Positions 25,184 to 35,453 of a stretch of 64,000 bases of DNA are shown piece by piece (positions within the stretch are counted from its first letter, which is position 1; each line of letters opens with the position of its first letter). Source of the DNA: Acidobacteriota bacterium (GTDB lineage Bacteria; Acidobacteriota; UBA890; WLXD01). The stretch is taken from positions 512,001 to 576,000 of the forward strand of contig CAXWPH010000014.1 in assembly GCA_963666055.2 (NCBI GenBank), written 5' to 3'. The notes beneath the pieces were generated by a model, which worked only from the letters and a program-made list of their open reading frames with translations, had not been told where the DNA came from and did no database searches. The position numbers and the translations under genes were made by a program.

Positions 25184-26578
25184 TTGCCGGCAGGAGACCT
25201 GACTAGGGGAAACAATTCCGCAGGCACGATTCATCAACTTCTACGGTCGGGGGCGCTCGTGCTAGCGGTCCTTGCGCTGCTGGCTTTCGAGGGCGCAGCG
25301 CTCGCGGCGCAGCAGTCGCATGAGCCGGCAGCGGGTGGCCCGGCCGCCGTCACGTTCACCCGGGACGTTGCGCCGATCCTGCAGGAGAACTGCCAGATCT
25401 GCCATCGGCCGGGCTCGGTCGGGCCGATGTCGCTGCTCACCTATCGACAGGTCAGGCCCTACGCACGAACCATCAAGGACAAAGTGGCGGCGCAGGAAAT
25501 GCCTCCGTATCACCTCGATACGGGTGTCGGGATCCAGGCGATCAAGAATGACTGGAGGTTGAGCGAGCAGGAGATCGCGACCATCGTCGCTTGGGTCGAT
25601 ACGGGAGCCGCGGAGGGCGACCCGGCGGACATGCCAGCCGCGGTGGAATGGCCGGACTTCAGAAAATGGCAGCTCGAAGACCGGTTGGGCAAGCCGGATC
25701 ACGTGATCAAGTCGAAGCCCTTTATGGTGCCGGCCGAGGGGGGCGACTTGTGGTGGCGTCCGCGGGTGGAGACGGGGCTCACCGAGGATCGACTGATTCG
25801 GGCCTTTGAAACCCGGCCCTCCTTCCCCGCCGGCCGTCAAGCGGTGCACCACGCCATCCCTCGACTGTTGACGCAAAACGACGAAGGCGAGTGGGTCCGT
25901 ACCGGGAGCCTTTCGGAATATGCCATGGGCAAGATCGGGGAGATCCTCCCGGCCGACGCCGCCCGTCTGCTGCCGGCGAACGCGATGATCGAATGGGACG
26001 CCCACTACTACCCGATGGGCTATGTCGTTGAGGACGATCAGCTCGAGCTTGGCCTCTGGTTCTATCCCGACGGCTACGAGGCGGATTTCATGCAGAATCT
26101 GAACCTTTATCCGCTGCAGGGTGACATCGCCCTGGCGCCGGGTGGGACCGCGATGACCCAGGGCTTCCACCGGTGGAATCATCCGGTTCGCCTCGATAGC
26201 TTCCAGCCGCACGGGCATGTGCACCTCCATGCGATGTCCATGGAAGCGATTTATCCCGATGGTTCCCGGGAGCTCCTCAGTATGGTGAGCAACTTCGACG
26301 CGAGATGGCACCACAGCTACATCTATGAGGACGATACGGCTCCTATGTTGCCGACGGGCACTGTCCTGGTTCTCACCGCGTGGTACGACAACACGGAGGC
26401 CAACCCACTGACTCCCGATGCGGAAGTGTGGTACGCGCGAGGCAGCCGTACGACGGACGAGATGTCACACGCCTGGCTCGCCATAACCCACCTCGACGAA
26501 GACGGCTACGAGCGACTGGTTACCGAGAGGGAACGGAAGAAAGAAGCGGCCGCCCAAGACAGCGACGGGAGAAACTGA
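25184..26578 (+). CDS. Secreted cytochrome c fused to a copper type II monooxygenase-like domain
   Basis: TFTRDVAPILQENCQICH...EMPPY (c-type heme); VHH, AHY, PHGH and DEMSH match PHM-like Cu ligands. Start uncertain. Confidence 0.8.
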   Translation: MPAGDLTRGNNSAGTIHQLLRSGALVLAVLALLAFEGAALAAQQSHEPAAGGPAAVTFTRDVAPILQENCQICHRPGSVGPMSLLTYRQVRPYARTIKDKVAAQEMPPYHLDTGVGIQAIKNDWRLSEQEIATIVAWVDTGAAEGDPADMPAAVEWPDFRKWQLEDRLGKPDHVIKSKPFMVPAEGGDLWWRPRVETGLTEDRLIRAFETRPSFPAGRQAVHHAIPRLLTQNDEGEWVRTGSLSEYAMGKIGEILPADAARLLPANAMIEWDAHYYPMGYVVEDDQLELGLWFYPDGYEADFMQNLNLYPLQGDIALAPGGTAMTQGFHRWNHPVRLDSFQPHGHVHLHAMSMEAIYPDGSRELLSMVSNFDARWHHSYIYEDDTAPMLPTGTVLVLTAWYDNTEANPLTPDAEVWYARGSRTTDEMSHAWLAITHLDEDGYERLVTERERKKEAAAQDSDGRN

Positions 26579-26592
26579 CAAGGAAACAGACG

Positions 26593-27033
26593 ATGAAGAG
26601 TCGCATGCTCTTGGGCAGTCTCGTCTTTGCGCTTTCGGCGCTGAGCGTGGCACTCCTCGAGGCCCAGCAGGTGCAGAGGCTTCCCCTGGCGCCGCGACCA
26701 CCCAGCGGCGAGCCGGTAGCGCCGTTTTTCGAAGGCTGGTATGCGAACCCGGACGGCACATACACCTTCTCGTTCGGTTACTTCAATTTGAACACAGAGG
26801 AGACGCTCGATATTCCCCTTGGGGAGGACAACTTCATTGAACCAGCCGAGTTCGATGGGAACCAGCCAACGTACTTCCCCGTCGATCCACGTCGAGACCG
26901 GGGTATCTTCACGGTGACTGTGCCGGCGTCTTTTGCAGATGGAGAGCAACGGGTTGTCTGGACCATCCGTAGTAACGGCGTGACCTATTCGGTTCCGATT
27001 GTGACTTTGGGATATAATTCCCTTTGTCAATGA
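26593..27033 (+). CDS. Secreted hypothetical protein, possibly C-terminally truncated
   Basis: Signal peptide, then PFFEGWYANPDGTYTFSFGYFNLN...QPTYF...VWTIRSNG; ends abruptly in an AT-rich patch. Confidence 0.7.
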   Translation: MKSRMLLGSLVFALSALSVALLEAQQVQRLPLAPRPPSGEPVAPFFEGWYANPDGTYTFSFGYFNLNTEETLDIPLGEDNFIEPAEFDGNQPTYFPVDPRRDRGIFTVTVPASFADGEQRVVWTIRSNGVTYSVPIVTLGYNSLCQ

Positions 27034-28628
27034 CTCGCGTGCCGTCCGGAAGGAGGTCGTTCTTGAAGCTCCGTATAGCCATTCTCGTGATCCTCGGTGT
27101 GGTGGTGGCCGCAGGTGCAGCGGCGAACGCCCAGTTCGAGAGTGTGGGGGTTATCGACTTCCCCACCTCCGCGACGGGGGAAGTGCAACAGCACTTCCTG
27201 CGCGGCGTCTCGATCTTGCACAGCTTCGGCTGGAAGCAGGCGATCGGGCAGTTCCAAGCAGCGCAAGAGCTGGACCCGAACTTCGCGATGGCCTACTGGG
27301 GCGAGACGCTCTGCTACAACCATCCGCTGATGGGCGAGGCGGACGTGGAATCGCCGCGGGCGGTGCTGGCGCGGCTAGCGCCGACGCGTGCCGAGCGCCT
27401 CGCCAAGGCCCCAACCGATCGCGAGAAGGGTCTGCTGAACGCGGTCGAGATTCTCTGGGGCGATGGCGACTGGCGCGATCGGCGCGTCGGTTACATGGAG
27501 GCGATGGGCGAGCTCCGTGAGCAGTACCCGGACGACGACGAGATCGCGACGTTTTATGCCGTGTCGATGCTGAGTGCGGCGCGGGCGCGCGGTGACCAGA
27601 GTCTCAGGTTGGAGGTGAGAGCAGGCACGATCGCGCTCGATGTATTCAACAGAAACCGAAAGCACCCCGGCGCGGCGCACTACACGATCCACTCGTTCGA
27701 TGACCCGATCCACGCGCCGCTCGCGCTGCCGGCCGCGCTGGCGTTCGCAGAGATCGCACCGTTGGTCTCCCATGCTCGTCACATGCCGACCCACATCTTC
27801 ATCCAACACGGCATGTGGAATTACGTGGGCGATCACAACCAGTCGGCATACGAAGCCGCGAGAGAGCTATGGATGCCGGGTGACAGCGTCTCGGCCACGG
27901 TCCATGCCCTCGACTGGGGCCAGTACGGCGATCTACAGCGTGGCGACTACGCCAAGGCGAGCGAGTGGATCGACCGCTTGACAATGGTGAACGAAGAGGC
28001 CGCCGGCGCCGGCCGCGCCGCGCGCAGTCTTCCCCTCCTCAAAGCCCGCTACATCGTCGAAACCGAAGAATGGAAAACGGCGCCGATCACCGAAGAGTCC
28101 TCGGCCCCCGAGCTCTTGGCAACCGGACTGAGCGCGGTAAGAACGGCCGACCTCGTCATCGCCGAGAAGGCGGCGGCGGCGCTGAAGAAGCTCGTGGAGT
28201 CCGGGGGTGGTGCCGGTGGCGGCGCGCCGCCGACGCGCATCATGTACCGGGAAGTCATGGCTTCCATCCACGCCGCGAAGGGCGAGGCCGAACAGGCGAT
28301 CGAGCTGATGGACGAAGCCGTCGAGATCATGCGCCCGATGCGCGCCCCGAACGGCGCAGCGAATCCCGTGAAGCCGGCGTACGAGCTCTACGGCGAGATC
28401 CTGCTCGAGCTCGACCGGCCGGAAGAGGCGATAGAGAAACTCGAGATGTCCCTGCTGCGGATGCCCAACCGGCCGCGATCGCTGCTGGGTCTCGCCCGCG
28501 CCTATGTACGCACGGGTGACCGCAAACGCGCCGCCGAGCAGTACCGGAAACTGACCGAGGTCTGGGAGGGTCGTGACGCGTTCCCGGGCTTGCAGGAGGC
28601 AAAACGATTCCTGCACGAGATCGCGTAA
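27030..28628 (+). CDS. Secreted TPR-repeat protein
   Basis: Signal peptide; LDPNFAMAYWG, HPGAAHYTIHSFD, HARHMPTHIF; C-terminal TPRs. Confidence 0.88.
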   Translation: MTRVPSGRRSFLKLRIAILVILGVVVAAGAAANAQFESVGVIDFPTSATGEVQQHFLRGVSILHSFGWKQAIGQFQAAQELDPNFAMAYWGETLCYNHPLMGEADVESPRAVLARLAPTRAERLAKAPTDREKGLLNAVEILWGDGDWRDRRVGYMEAMGELREQYPDDDEIATFYAVSMLSAARARGDQSLRLEVRAGTIALDVFNRNRKHPGAAHYTIHSFDDPIHAPLALPAALAFAEIAPLVSHARHMPTHIFIQHGMWNYVGDHNQSAYEAARELWMPGDSVSATVHALDWGQYGDLQRGDYAKASEWIDRLTMVNEEAAGAGRAARSLPLLKARYIVETEEWKTAPITEESSAPELLATGLSAVRTADLVIAEKAAAALKKLVESGGGAGGGAPPTRIMYREVMASIHAAKGEAEQAIELMDEAVEIMRPMRAPNGAANPVKPAYELYGEILLELDRPEEAIEKLEMSLLRMPNRPRSLLGLARAYVRTGDRKRAAEQYRKLTEVWEGRDAFPGLQEAKRFLHEIA

Positions 28629-28644
28629 TCAAAGGAGATCGACG

Positions 28645-29808
28645 ATGGCGAACAAGATGACGCGCCGAGAGGTGGTCGGAGGAGGCGCAGTGATCGCCGG
28701 GGCGGCGACGTTCGGCGCCCCGGAATGGGCGCTTGCGTTGTTGGCCCAGGAGGAAACCCTCGTCCCGTTCACGGACATGCCCGACGAGTACAACACGAAT
28801 CCCTCCCCGATCGTTCGATTCGTCGACATCCGCAATATCAACGACTTTTTCACGCCGGCGGACGAGTTCTTCACGATCCAGCACTACGGCCAGCCGGAGG
28901 TCAACGCTTCGAGCCACCAGCTCGAGATCAGCGGGCTCGTTTCGCGTCCTCAGAAGGTCTCAATGGCCGATATTCGGCGCCGACCGCGAATCGAATTGGC
29001 CTGCGCCTACGAGTGCTCGGGCAACAGCGGGCGCCGCTTCCACGGCTTGGTCAGCAACGGCCTGTGGGGCGGCACCAGCCTGAAGGCGCTGTTGGAGGAC
29101 ATCGGCCTGGAGCCCCCCGGACGGGAGGTCGTTTTCTTCGGTGCCGACCGCGCCGAGGAGACGATCACGATCCGCGGCAGGAGCTGGGATGTGGAGCAGC
29201 AATTCGCCCGCAGCCTGTCGCTCGAAGACGCCCTGAGCGATGACACGATGCTCGCCTACGAGCTCAACGGCGAGCCGCTGACGGTCAACCAAGGGGCGCC
29301 GTTGCGGCTCATCGTCCCCGGTTGGTACGGCGTCGCGCAGGTGAAGTGGTTGGAGCAGATCCACGTGCAGAGAGACCGGTTCATGGGCAAGTTCATGGCC
29401 AGGGAGTACGTGACTCTGCGTGACGAAGCGGTCGGGGACAATTTCAAGGCCACCGAGACTTCAATCACCCGCATCAAGCTCAAGTCGGTCATCTCTCGTG
29501 TGACGCGCGCCCCGGCCCATCACACGATCCACGGCTTCGCACTCACCGACGGCACGCCGCTCGACAGGATTGAAGTGCAAATCGACGACGGGCTGTGGAA
29601 CCGTGCCACTCTCGATGAGCGCAACACGCGGTATTCGTGGCAGCTCTTTACCTACCGGTGGGAAGGAGCGACCTCTGGGGAGCACACCATGACCTCCCGC
29701 GCGATCGACACCGACGGCAGGGTCCAGCCAGCACAAACCGATCTCGAGGCAAAGAAAACGACGTGGGAAAATAACGGTCAGTTTCCGCGCCGCGTGATGA
29801 TTTCCTAG
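28645..29808 (+). CDS. Tat-exported sulfite-oxidase-family molybdopterin oxidoreductase
   Basis: AAGGAG RBS; MTRREVV twin-arginine signal; ECSGN Mo-ligand Cys; GAPLRLIVPGWYG..VKWL; Mo-co dimerisation domain. Confidence 0.92.
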   Translation: MANKMTRREVVGGGAVIAGAATFGAPEWALALLAQEETLVPFTDMPDEYNTNPSPIVRFVDIRNINDFFTPADEFFTIQHYGQPEVNASSHQLEISGLVSRPQKVSMADIRRRPRIELACAYECSGNSGRRFHGLVSNGLWGGTSLKALLEDIGLEPPGREVVFFGADRAEETITIRGRSWDVEQQFARSLSLEDALSDDTMLAYELNGEPLTVNQGAPLRLIVPGWYGVAQVKWLEQIHVQRDRFMGKFMAREYVTLRDEAVGDNFKATETSITRIKLKSVISRVTRAPAHHTIHGFALTDGTPLDRIEVQIDDGLWNRATLDERNTRYSWQLFTYRWEGATSGEHTMTSRAIDTDGRVQPAQTDLEAKKTTWENNGQFPRRVMIS

Positions 29809-29835
29809 CCCGGCGGAAGACCAAGACAAAGAAAT

Positions 29836-29910
29836 TGGCTGGGACGCAGGGATTCGAACCCCGATTCTACGGTCCAGAGCCGTATGTCCTGCCTATTGGA
29901 CGACGTCCCA
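29836..29910 (-). tRNA. tRNA-Gln (anticodon CTG)
   Basis: TGGGACGTCGTCCAATAGGCAGGACATACGGCTCTGGACCGTAGAATCGGGGTTCGAATCCCTGCGTCCCAGCCA. Confidence 0.95.
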
Positions 29911-29962
29911 GCCGGCAAACGGAAGTCTAGGCCGCCAAAAGCACGGTCGCAATCACACGGAA

Positions 29963-32585
29963 ATGCGCCTTCGTGTGGCGCCGACAATCGATTTTCGCCA
30001 TCATCTGGGCGTGCGCACCCCGAAAGTACCATTCGATACCGGCACCCCGCGTCTCGAGCTGTGCCTGCTGTACGTCTTGTTCGTCGCCGCCGGGCTATTG
30101 CAGGCTGAAGGCGCCGCGGTGCAGGCCCGCCCGGGCGAGGTGGCCGGTCGCGTCGTGGACTTCGACGGCACACCGCTTCCCGGGCTCGCCGTGCGGCTGG
30201 AAGGGCCGTTTCCACAAAACACCACACGCGAGCTGGTTGCCGACGCCAACGCCCGCTTCGTGTTTCGCGACACGCCGCCGGGACGCTACCGACTGGCGAT
30301 CGAGCTCACCGGTGTGGACGCCGGCAGCGATCTCGACGTCATCGTGACGGCAGGAACGCGCGTCGAAACAACGCTGGTGCTGAACCTGCGGGGTACAGAT
30401 ATCAACGTCATCGTGCAGGCTCGGGCGCTGCGCGTTGAAGACGCCGATCTCGTCGACCCGGAGTCGACCGCAGGGCGGCGCATCGTACCAGGAACGACGA
30501 TCAACTGGCTGCCCTTGCCGGCGGAGCAGGCCCTAGAGGTGCTCCCGCTGATGCCCACGGTGATCCGCTCCGACAGCGGCCAACTAGCGATCGACGGCAC
30601 GTTGGTGACCGATTCGGTGATGCTCTTCAACGGCATCGACCTGATGGATCCCTACTCGGGTGAGTACCGGGTTCGCCTGCCGCTCGAGTCCATCGATCGC
30701 GTCGACCTGTATACCGGTGTGGTGCCAGCACAATACGGCGACACGGTGGGCGCCGTCGTCGATATCAGTACGTTGCCCGGCGCCGAGAGCTGGGGGTGGG
30801 GTGTTGCCAGTTTCGTTCCGAGGCCGCGGTTTCGGGACGGCACAATACAGGGCATCGGCAATGCATCTCCCCGCCTGTGGGTTTCCGGTCCGATCAAGCC
30901 GGGCGAAACGTACATGGCCATTTCCGCCGAGTATCACTTCGATCGCATCGACGTGCAGGACGTGCCGGGCGATCCGGCGCAAGATCACGTCAAGGTAGAG
31001 GGGTGGGACGCCACGGCGCAGGTGGATTGGCGACCCAACGACCAGCACAGCTTCATGGTTTCGGGCCTGGCGTTTCCGCAGCACGACAAGTTCGTCGGCC
31101 TCGACGGGCTTACACCACCGGAGGCGACCTTCAACGTCGAGCGCGATGCCGAGGCGCTGTTCGCCAAGCACACGTATCGAGGCGACCGTAACCGGTCGCT
31201 CGAGACCATGATCCAGTACAACCGCATCGGCATTCGCTCGGAGCCGCAGGGAGCGGCGCCGTACGAAGTCCTGACCGACGGGTTCGGCGGCAACCAGTTT
31301 CACCGTGAGGACCGGCAGACGACCCACACACAGATTCAGGTGAACTACTCGCGACGGCCGGAGCGGTGGCGGCGAAAGGTCGCACCTGGTCCAGATCGGC
31401 GCCGACTTTCATCGTCTCCACCTGAGCGGCCAGTTTGCCAACGATACGATTCTGGTGCGGGGCGTGGATGGCCGACTGCTGCAGAGGGTCGATTTCACCG
31501 ACTCGCCTGACCTCTCGTACAGCAAGTACGAGTGGGCCGGTTACTTCCAAGACCGCTGGACCCACAGCGACAGATTCTGGTGGGATATCGGAGTGCGTCT
31601 TTCGGGGGACTCGTTTACCGATACGGTGGTTCGCATCGGGCCGCGGATCGGCGTCGCATGGGATCCCGTGGGCGACCGGCGCACGCTGCTGAAGGCCGGC
31701 GCCGGGATCATGTATCGACGGGTTTACCTGGGGAAGATTCTCTGGGAAGATCTGCCGGTTCGCCTGGAGACGACGTTCGCAGAAGACGGCAGCGCAACCT
31801 TGGTTCCCCTCGTAGCTGCGCGCGACGAGAAGCTCTCGGCGCCCCGCACGCTCTTGTTCACCGGCGACTTCAGCCATCGGCTCGAGTCGGGCTGGCTTTT
31901 TCGCACCAAGCTCTCGCATCGCAGTGGCAGCGACAACATCATTGCCGAACGCGTCGAGCCACCCGGTGTCGCCCTCGAAGACGACGATCCATTGCCGTTC
32001 TTCACGCAGAATCCGACCATCGAGGCGGGGTCGCTGTTGCTGTCGAATGCCGGCGAGTCGACCTCCTGGAGCCTCGAGGTTACCGCCGCCAAGCGGATTA
32101 CCTCCGGCGGCGAGTTGGTGGTGTCGTACGTACGTTCCTCCAGCTTCGGCGACCTGAACGACTTCACGATCATGTCCGCCGCTGCCCCGGACCCCATCAT
32201 TCGGGAAAACCGCCGGGCGCAGCGCGCCCTCGACGTACCCCACCGGATCCTGGCGTGGGCGACGATCAACCTGCCGGCCGACGTGCAGCTCGCCCCGGTG
32301 TTCGAGTGGAGGTCGGGCTTCCCCTATAGCGCGTTGGCTGAAGACCAGTCGTACTTCGGCGAGCCCAACACCGAGCGCCTCCCGAACTTCTTCTCGCTCG
32401 ACCTGCAGGCGACGAAGGGCTTCACGGTGGGCGGTGTCTACGTGATTGCCGGCGTGAAGTTGACGAACCTCACGAGCCACGACAATCCCCGTCAGGTGAT
32501 AGCCAACCTCGCCGATCCGGCCTTCGGGGAGTTCCGCAACAGCGTCCCCTTCAGGCTGCGTACAAAGTTCTCATTCAATTTCTGA
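29963..32585 (+). CDS. TonB-dependent receptor with N-terminal carboxypeptidase-regulatory-like domain (+1 frameshift near 31361)
   Basis: GRVVDFDGTPLPG..PGRYRL, plug region, YFQDRW, PRIGVAWDP, terminal FSFNF. ORFs 29963..31510 and 31455..32585 join by removing one base. Start uncertain. Confidence 0.85.
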
Positions 32586-32586
32586 C

Positions 32587-32707
32587 CGCGAGCGCTAGGG
32601 GGCGCGATGACTGCGTTGCGCTTGCTCGGCCTCCTTCGCAGTACGCCAAGTACTACTCAGTCGGCCTCGCGGCGCGCGCCTTGTCCTCGCGCCCCCTAGC
32701 GCTCGCG
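32587..32707 (+). repeat. Palindromic repeat, family 1 (copy B)
   Basis: Perfect 21-bp arms CGCGAGCGCTAGGGGGCGCGA / TCGCGCCCCCTAGCGCTCGCG; same core ends as copy A; lies between convergent genes. Confidence 0.85.
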
Positions 32708-32726
32708 CGCGACGTAATTCTTTGGC

Positions 32727-34214
32727 TTATCCGGCGGTCTGACTGGTGGCCGGCTGAGCGGCCTGGACCTTGCCCAGATAGCGGAGCATCCGGTCGAGGC
32801 GCGCGTCGGTGCTATTACGCCCCATGAGCTCGAGGACCTCGAAGATACCCGGCGAGGATGCCTTGCCGATTACCGCGACGCGGCTGGCATGAATCAAGTC
32901 GGCGGCATCCATCTCAAGGCTTTCCGCCAGTTGCCGGAGCGTCGCCTCGAGCTCTTCCTGGCTCCACGGGTCGACCTTGCCGAAAGCCTCGCGAACAGCC
33001 TGCAGCGGGCCAAGTAGCTCTTTGCCCTTGATGTGGGCGTTGACGGCATCCGGCAGATACGGGAACGCCTCGGTGAGAAACGGCGCGATGTTGTCGGCTA
33101 GCTCGTTGATCGTGCGCGAGCGCGACTGCCACAGGTCGATGAGCGCGAAGATGTAGTCGCGCCGCTCCATATCGAGCTCTTCCCGCCAGCAGCCGCGGTT
33201 GCTCAGGGCGTCGCGGACGGAGTTGAGCAATTCGCCAGCCGGGACCTCGGAGATGTACTTGCCGTTGAGCCAGGCGAGCTTCTCGGGGTCGAAAACGGCG
33301 TTCGACGAGTTGACACGCTCGAGGCTGAACTCCTTGGTCAGCTCGTGGAGCGTGAAGACCTCGCGGTCGTCTCCCGGCGACCAGCCCAGCAGCGCCAGGT
33401 AGTTGACAACGGCGCCGGGCAGGTAGCCCTTGTCGCGGAAATGTGTCACCGACGTCGCACCGTGCCGCTTCGACAGGCGCTTCTTGTCCTCGCCGAGGAT
33501 GAGCGGCGGGTGCGCGAAAACCGGCAGCTTGGCGTCGAGAGCCTCATACACAAGGATTTGCTTCGGCGTGTTGGGCAGGTGATCAGCGCCACGGATGACG
33601 TGGGTGATGCCCATCTCGATGTCGTCGACCACGTTCGACAGGTGATACGTCGGCTTCTCGTCGGAGCGCAACAACACGAAGTCCTCGAGGTTGTCGCGCT
33701 CGAAGCTGACGTCACCGTGAACCTGGTCTTTGACGACCGTCGTGCCCTCCGTAGGCACCTTGAAACGAACCACTTTGGGGGCATCGGCGTCGAGTTTGGC
33801 TTGAACCTCATCGGCCGACAGGTCGCGGCACGTGCCGTCGTAGCGCCAGCCGTCGCCCTGCTCCTGAGCCTCTTGGCGCTTGGCTTCGATTTCCTCGGCG
33901 CTGCAGAAGCAGTAGTAAGCGTGGCCGGAGTTCATCAGCAGCGACACGTAGTCGCGGTACAGATCGAGGCGTTCGGACTGGTATAGCGGGCCTTCGTCCC
34001 AGTCGAGCCCCAGCCAGCTCAGCGCGTCGAAGATTCCCTGCACCGACTCTTCGCTGGAGCGACCTTTGTCGGTGTCCTCGATCCGCAGGATGAACGCGCC
34101 TCCGTGATGCTTCGCATACAACCAGTTGAACAGCGCCGTGCGGGCGCCGCCGACGTGAAGCTCGCCGGTGGGGCTGGGCGCGAAGCGTACGCGCACCTCA
34201 GAAGAATCGGCCAT
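32727..34214 (-). CDS. gltX: Glutamate--tRNA ligase
   Basis: RFAPSPTGELHVGG (HIGH-like), LRIEDTD, RLSKRHG (KMSKS-like). Confidence 0.97.
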   Translation of the reverse strand: MADSSEVRVRFAPSPTGELHVGGARTALFNWLYAKHHGGAFILRIEDTDKGRSSEESVQGIFDALSWLGLDWDEGPLYQSERLDLYRDYVSLLMNSGHAYYCFCSAEEIEAKRQEAQEQGDGWRYDGTCRDLSADEVQAKLDADAPKVVRFKVPTEGTTVVKDQVHGDVSFERDNLEDFVLLRSDEKPTYHLSNVVDDIEMGITHVIRGADHLPNTPKQILVYEALDAKLPVFAHPPLILGEDKKRLSKRHGATSVTHFRDKGYLPGAVVNYLALLGWSPGDDREVFTLHELTKEFSLERVNSSNAVFDPEKLAWLNGKYISEVPAGELLNSVRDALSNRGCWREELDMERRDYIFALIDLWQSRSRTINELADNIAPFLTEAFPYLPDAVNAHIKGKELLGPLQAVREAFGKVDPWSQEELEATLRQLAESLEMDAADLIHASRVAVIGKASSPGIFEVLELMGRNSTDARLDRMLRYLGKVQAAQPATSQTAG

Positions 34215-34401
34215 TTCAAACCTCGTTCAGGTAAGTCGCGAATTCAGTGGCCGCGAGCCGGAGAAGGGGAATTGGCCGGCGGCGCCTCCCTGCAGCCGCA
34301 AGAGCTACTGAACCTAGATGGTAGCCCAGCCCCCATATGCCCGCCAGCCGGTGCCCGAGCAAGCACAACGCCGCGAACGCCGCGTTCCCTGGTGTTCTAG
34401 T

Positions 34402-34529
34402 GCTGAGGGTGCGGGAAACGGTGTGGTCTCAAGGCGCGCGCCACGAGGGCCCCGGAGACGTATTTGTCATACGTCGAGGAGCCCGAGCAAGCGCAACGCC
34501 GCGAACGCGCCGTTTCCCGCATCCTCAGC
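34402..34529 (-). repeat. Palindromic repeat, family 1 (copy D, reverse orientation; partial extra copy at ~34354-34380)
   Basis: Arms GCTGAGGGTGCGGGAAACGG / CCGTTTCCCGCATCCTCAGC; reverse-complement core GCGTTGCGCTTGCTCGGGCTCCTCGACGTA...TACGTC...GCGCGCGCCTTG. Confidence 0.8.
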
Positions 34530-34899
34530 GCCGTTGGCGGCGGACGTAGCCACAGGCCTCGCAGATTTCCGCCTTGCGAGTCGCCAGGGAAATGAGTACA
34601 GCAGCTCCAAACAGGGTCCAGGCCGGCACGTAGCCGAAGCCGAAGAGCCACGAAAAAACCGCGCTCCAGAAGGCAACGACGGCCAGTAGCACCGAACCGA
34701 AAGGACTGAATCGGTGCCGACGGCTCACCTGCCACGCGGCTCGAGTGTCGCACGACGGACAGCGGTCCTCGTCGTCCGCTGTTTCTTGTTCGTCACGGGC
34801 GAGCACGTCCGCGGCAGATCGGATGGCGCGCTGTCGGTCGCTGTGGGCCGACTCCGGTGAGTCGATCGGCGGTGCGGCTTGGCTGGGGCTATTGCTCAT
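34525..34899 (-). CDS. Small membrane protein, CxxC-hydrophobic hairpin-CxxC (LITAF-like)
   Basis: RCPSCDT...two hydrophobic segments...ICEACGY. Confidence 0.7.
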   Translation of the reverse strand: MSNSPSQAAPPIDSPESAHSDRQRAIRSAADVLARDEQETADDEDRCPSCDTRAAWQVSRRHRFSPFGSVLLAVVAFWSAVFSWLFGFGYVPAWTLFGAAVLISLATRKAEICEACGYVRRQRR

Positions 34900-34934
34900 G
34901 AGTACAGGCAGGTTACATCAGGCCCGTGATGCAT

Positions 34935-34987
34935 TAACAGGGTGCTGAAGAACACCCATGCGCGGTACCCGGGGAGTTCTCAAGCGC
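34935..34987. repeat. Short palindromic repeat, family 2 (copy 2, degenerate)
   Basis: TAACAGGGTGCTGAAGAACACCC...GGGGAGTTCTCAAGC. Confidence 0.6.
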
Positions 34988-35045
34988 AACGCAATCATCG
35001 TGCGCCATTGCGTTCCCGCAGCCGCGACCCGTTGCAAAATGCGGG

Positions 35046-35303
35046 CTAAAGCGAGTCGCCGACGGACGTTACGTTGTGGCAACCCTCGCATCGTACGTGT
35101 TTCTTGTGCGGCCAGGCGAAGTAGGCGCTCATCGGAAAAACAATGGCGGCGAGCACCCACGAGGTCCAGTGGATCGAATCGCGGCTCAGCATCCAAGCGA
35201 GCATGATCGCTGCAATCACCCCAGCGGAGGTTTGTTCTCCCCACGCCGACGTCGGGCGCATGCGTTTGTACGCCATGCAGTGCGGACAGAACTGGAATTC
35301 CAC
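35046..35303 (-). CDS. Small membrane protein, CxxC-hydrophobic hairpin-CxxC (LITAF-like)
   Basis: GGAGG RBS before GTG; FCPHCMA...two hydrophobic segments...RCEGCHN. Confidence 0.7.
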   Translation of the reverse strand: MEFQFCPHCMAYKRMRPTSAWGEQTSAGVIAAIMLAWMLSRDSIHWTSWVLAAIVFPMSAYFAWPHKKHVRCEGCHNVTSVGDSL

Positions 35304-35316
35304 GGGGTCCTCCCGC

Positions 35317-35376
35317 TAACAGGGTGGCTGAAAACTCCCCGGTGTGGCACCCCCGGGAGTTCTTCAGCATCTGCTA
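35317..35376. repeat. Short palindromic repeat, family 2 (copy 3)
   Basis: TAACAGGGTGGCTGAAAACTCCCCGG...CCCGGGAGTTCTTCAGCATCTGCTA. Confidence 0.7.
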
Positions 35377-35453
35377 CGCCGCGCCGGTGGAGAACGGGAC
35401 TTCGCCCTCGTTGGAGGGGAGCTACGGCGCATCACAGGCGTGCCGAAACAGAA

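Noticed and set aside
24300-29836. Genomic island integrated at tRNA-Gln
   Set aside because: No integrase, and I could not find a duplicated tRNA 3' end; composition alone is not enough.
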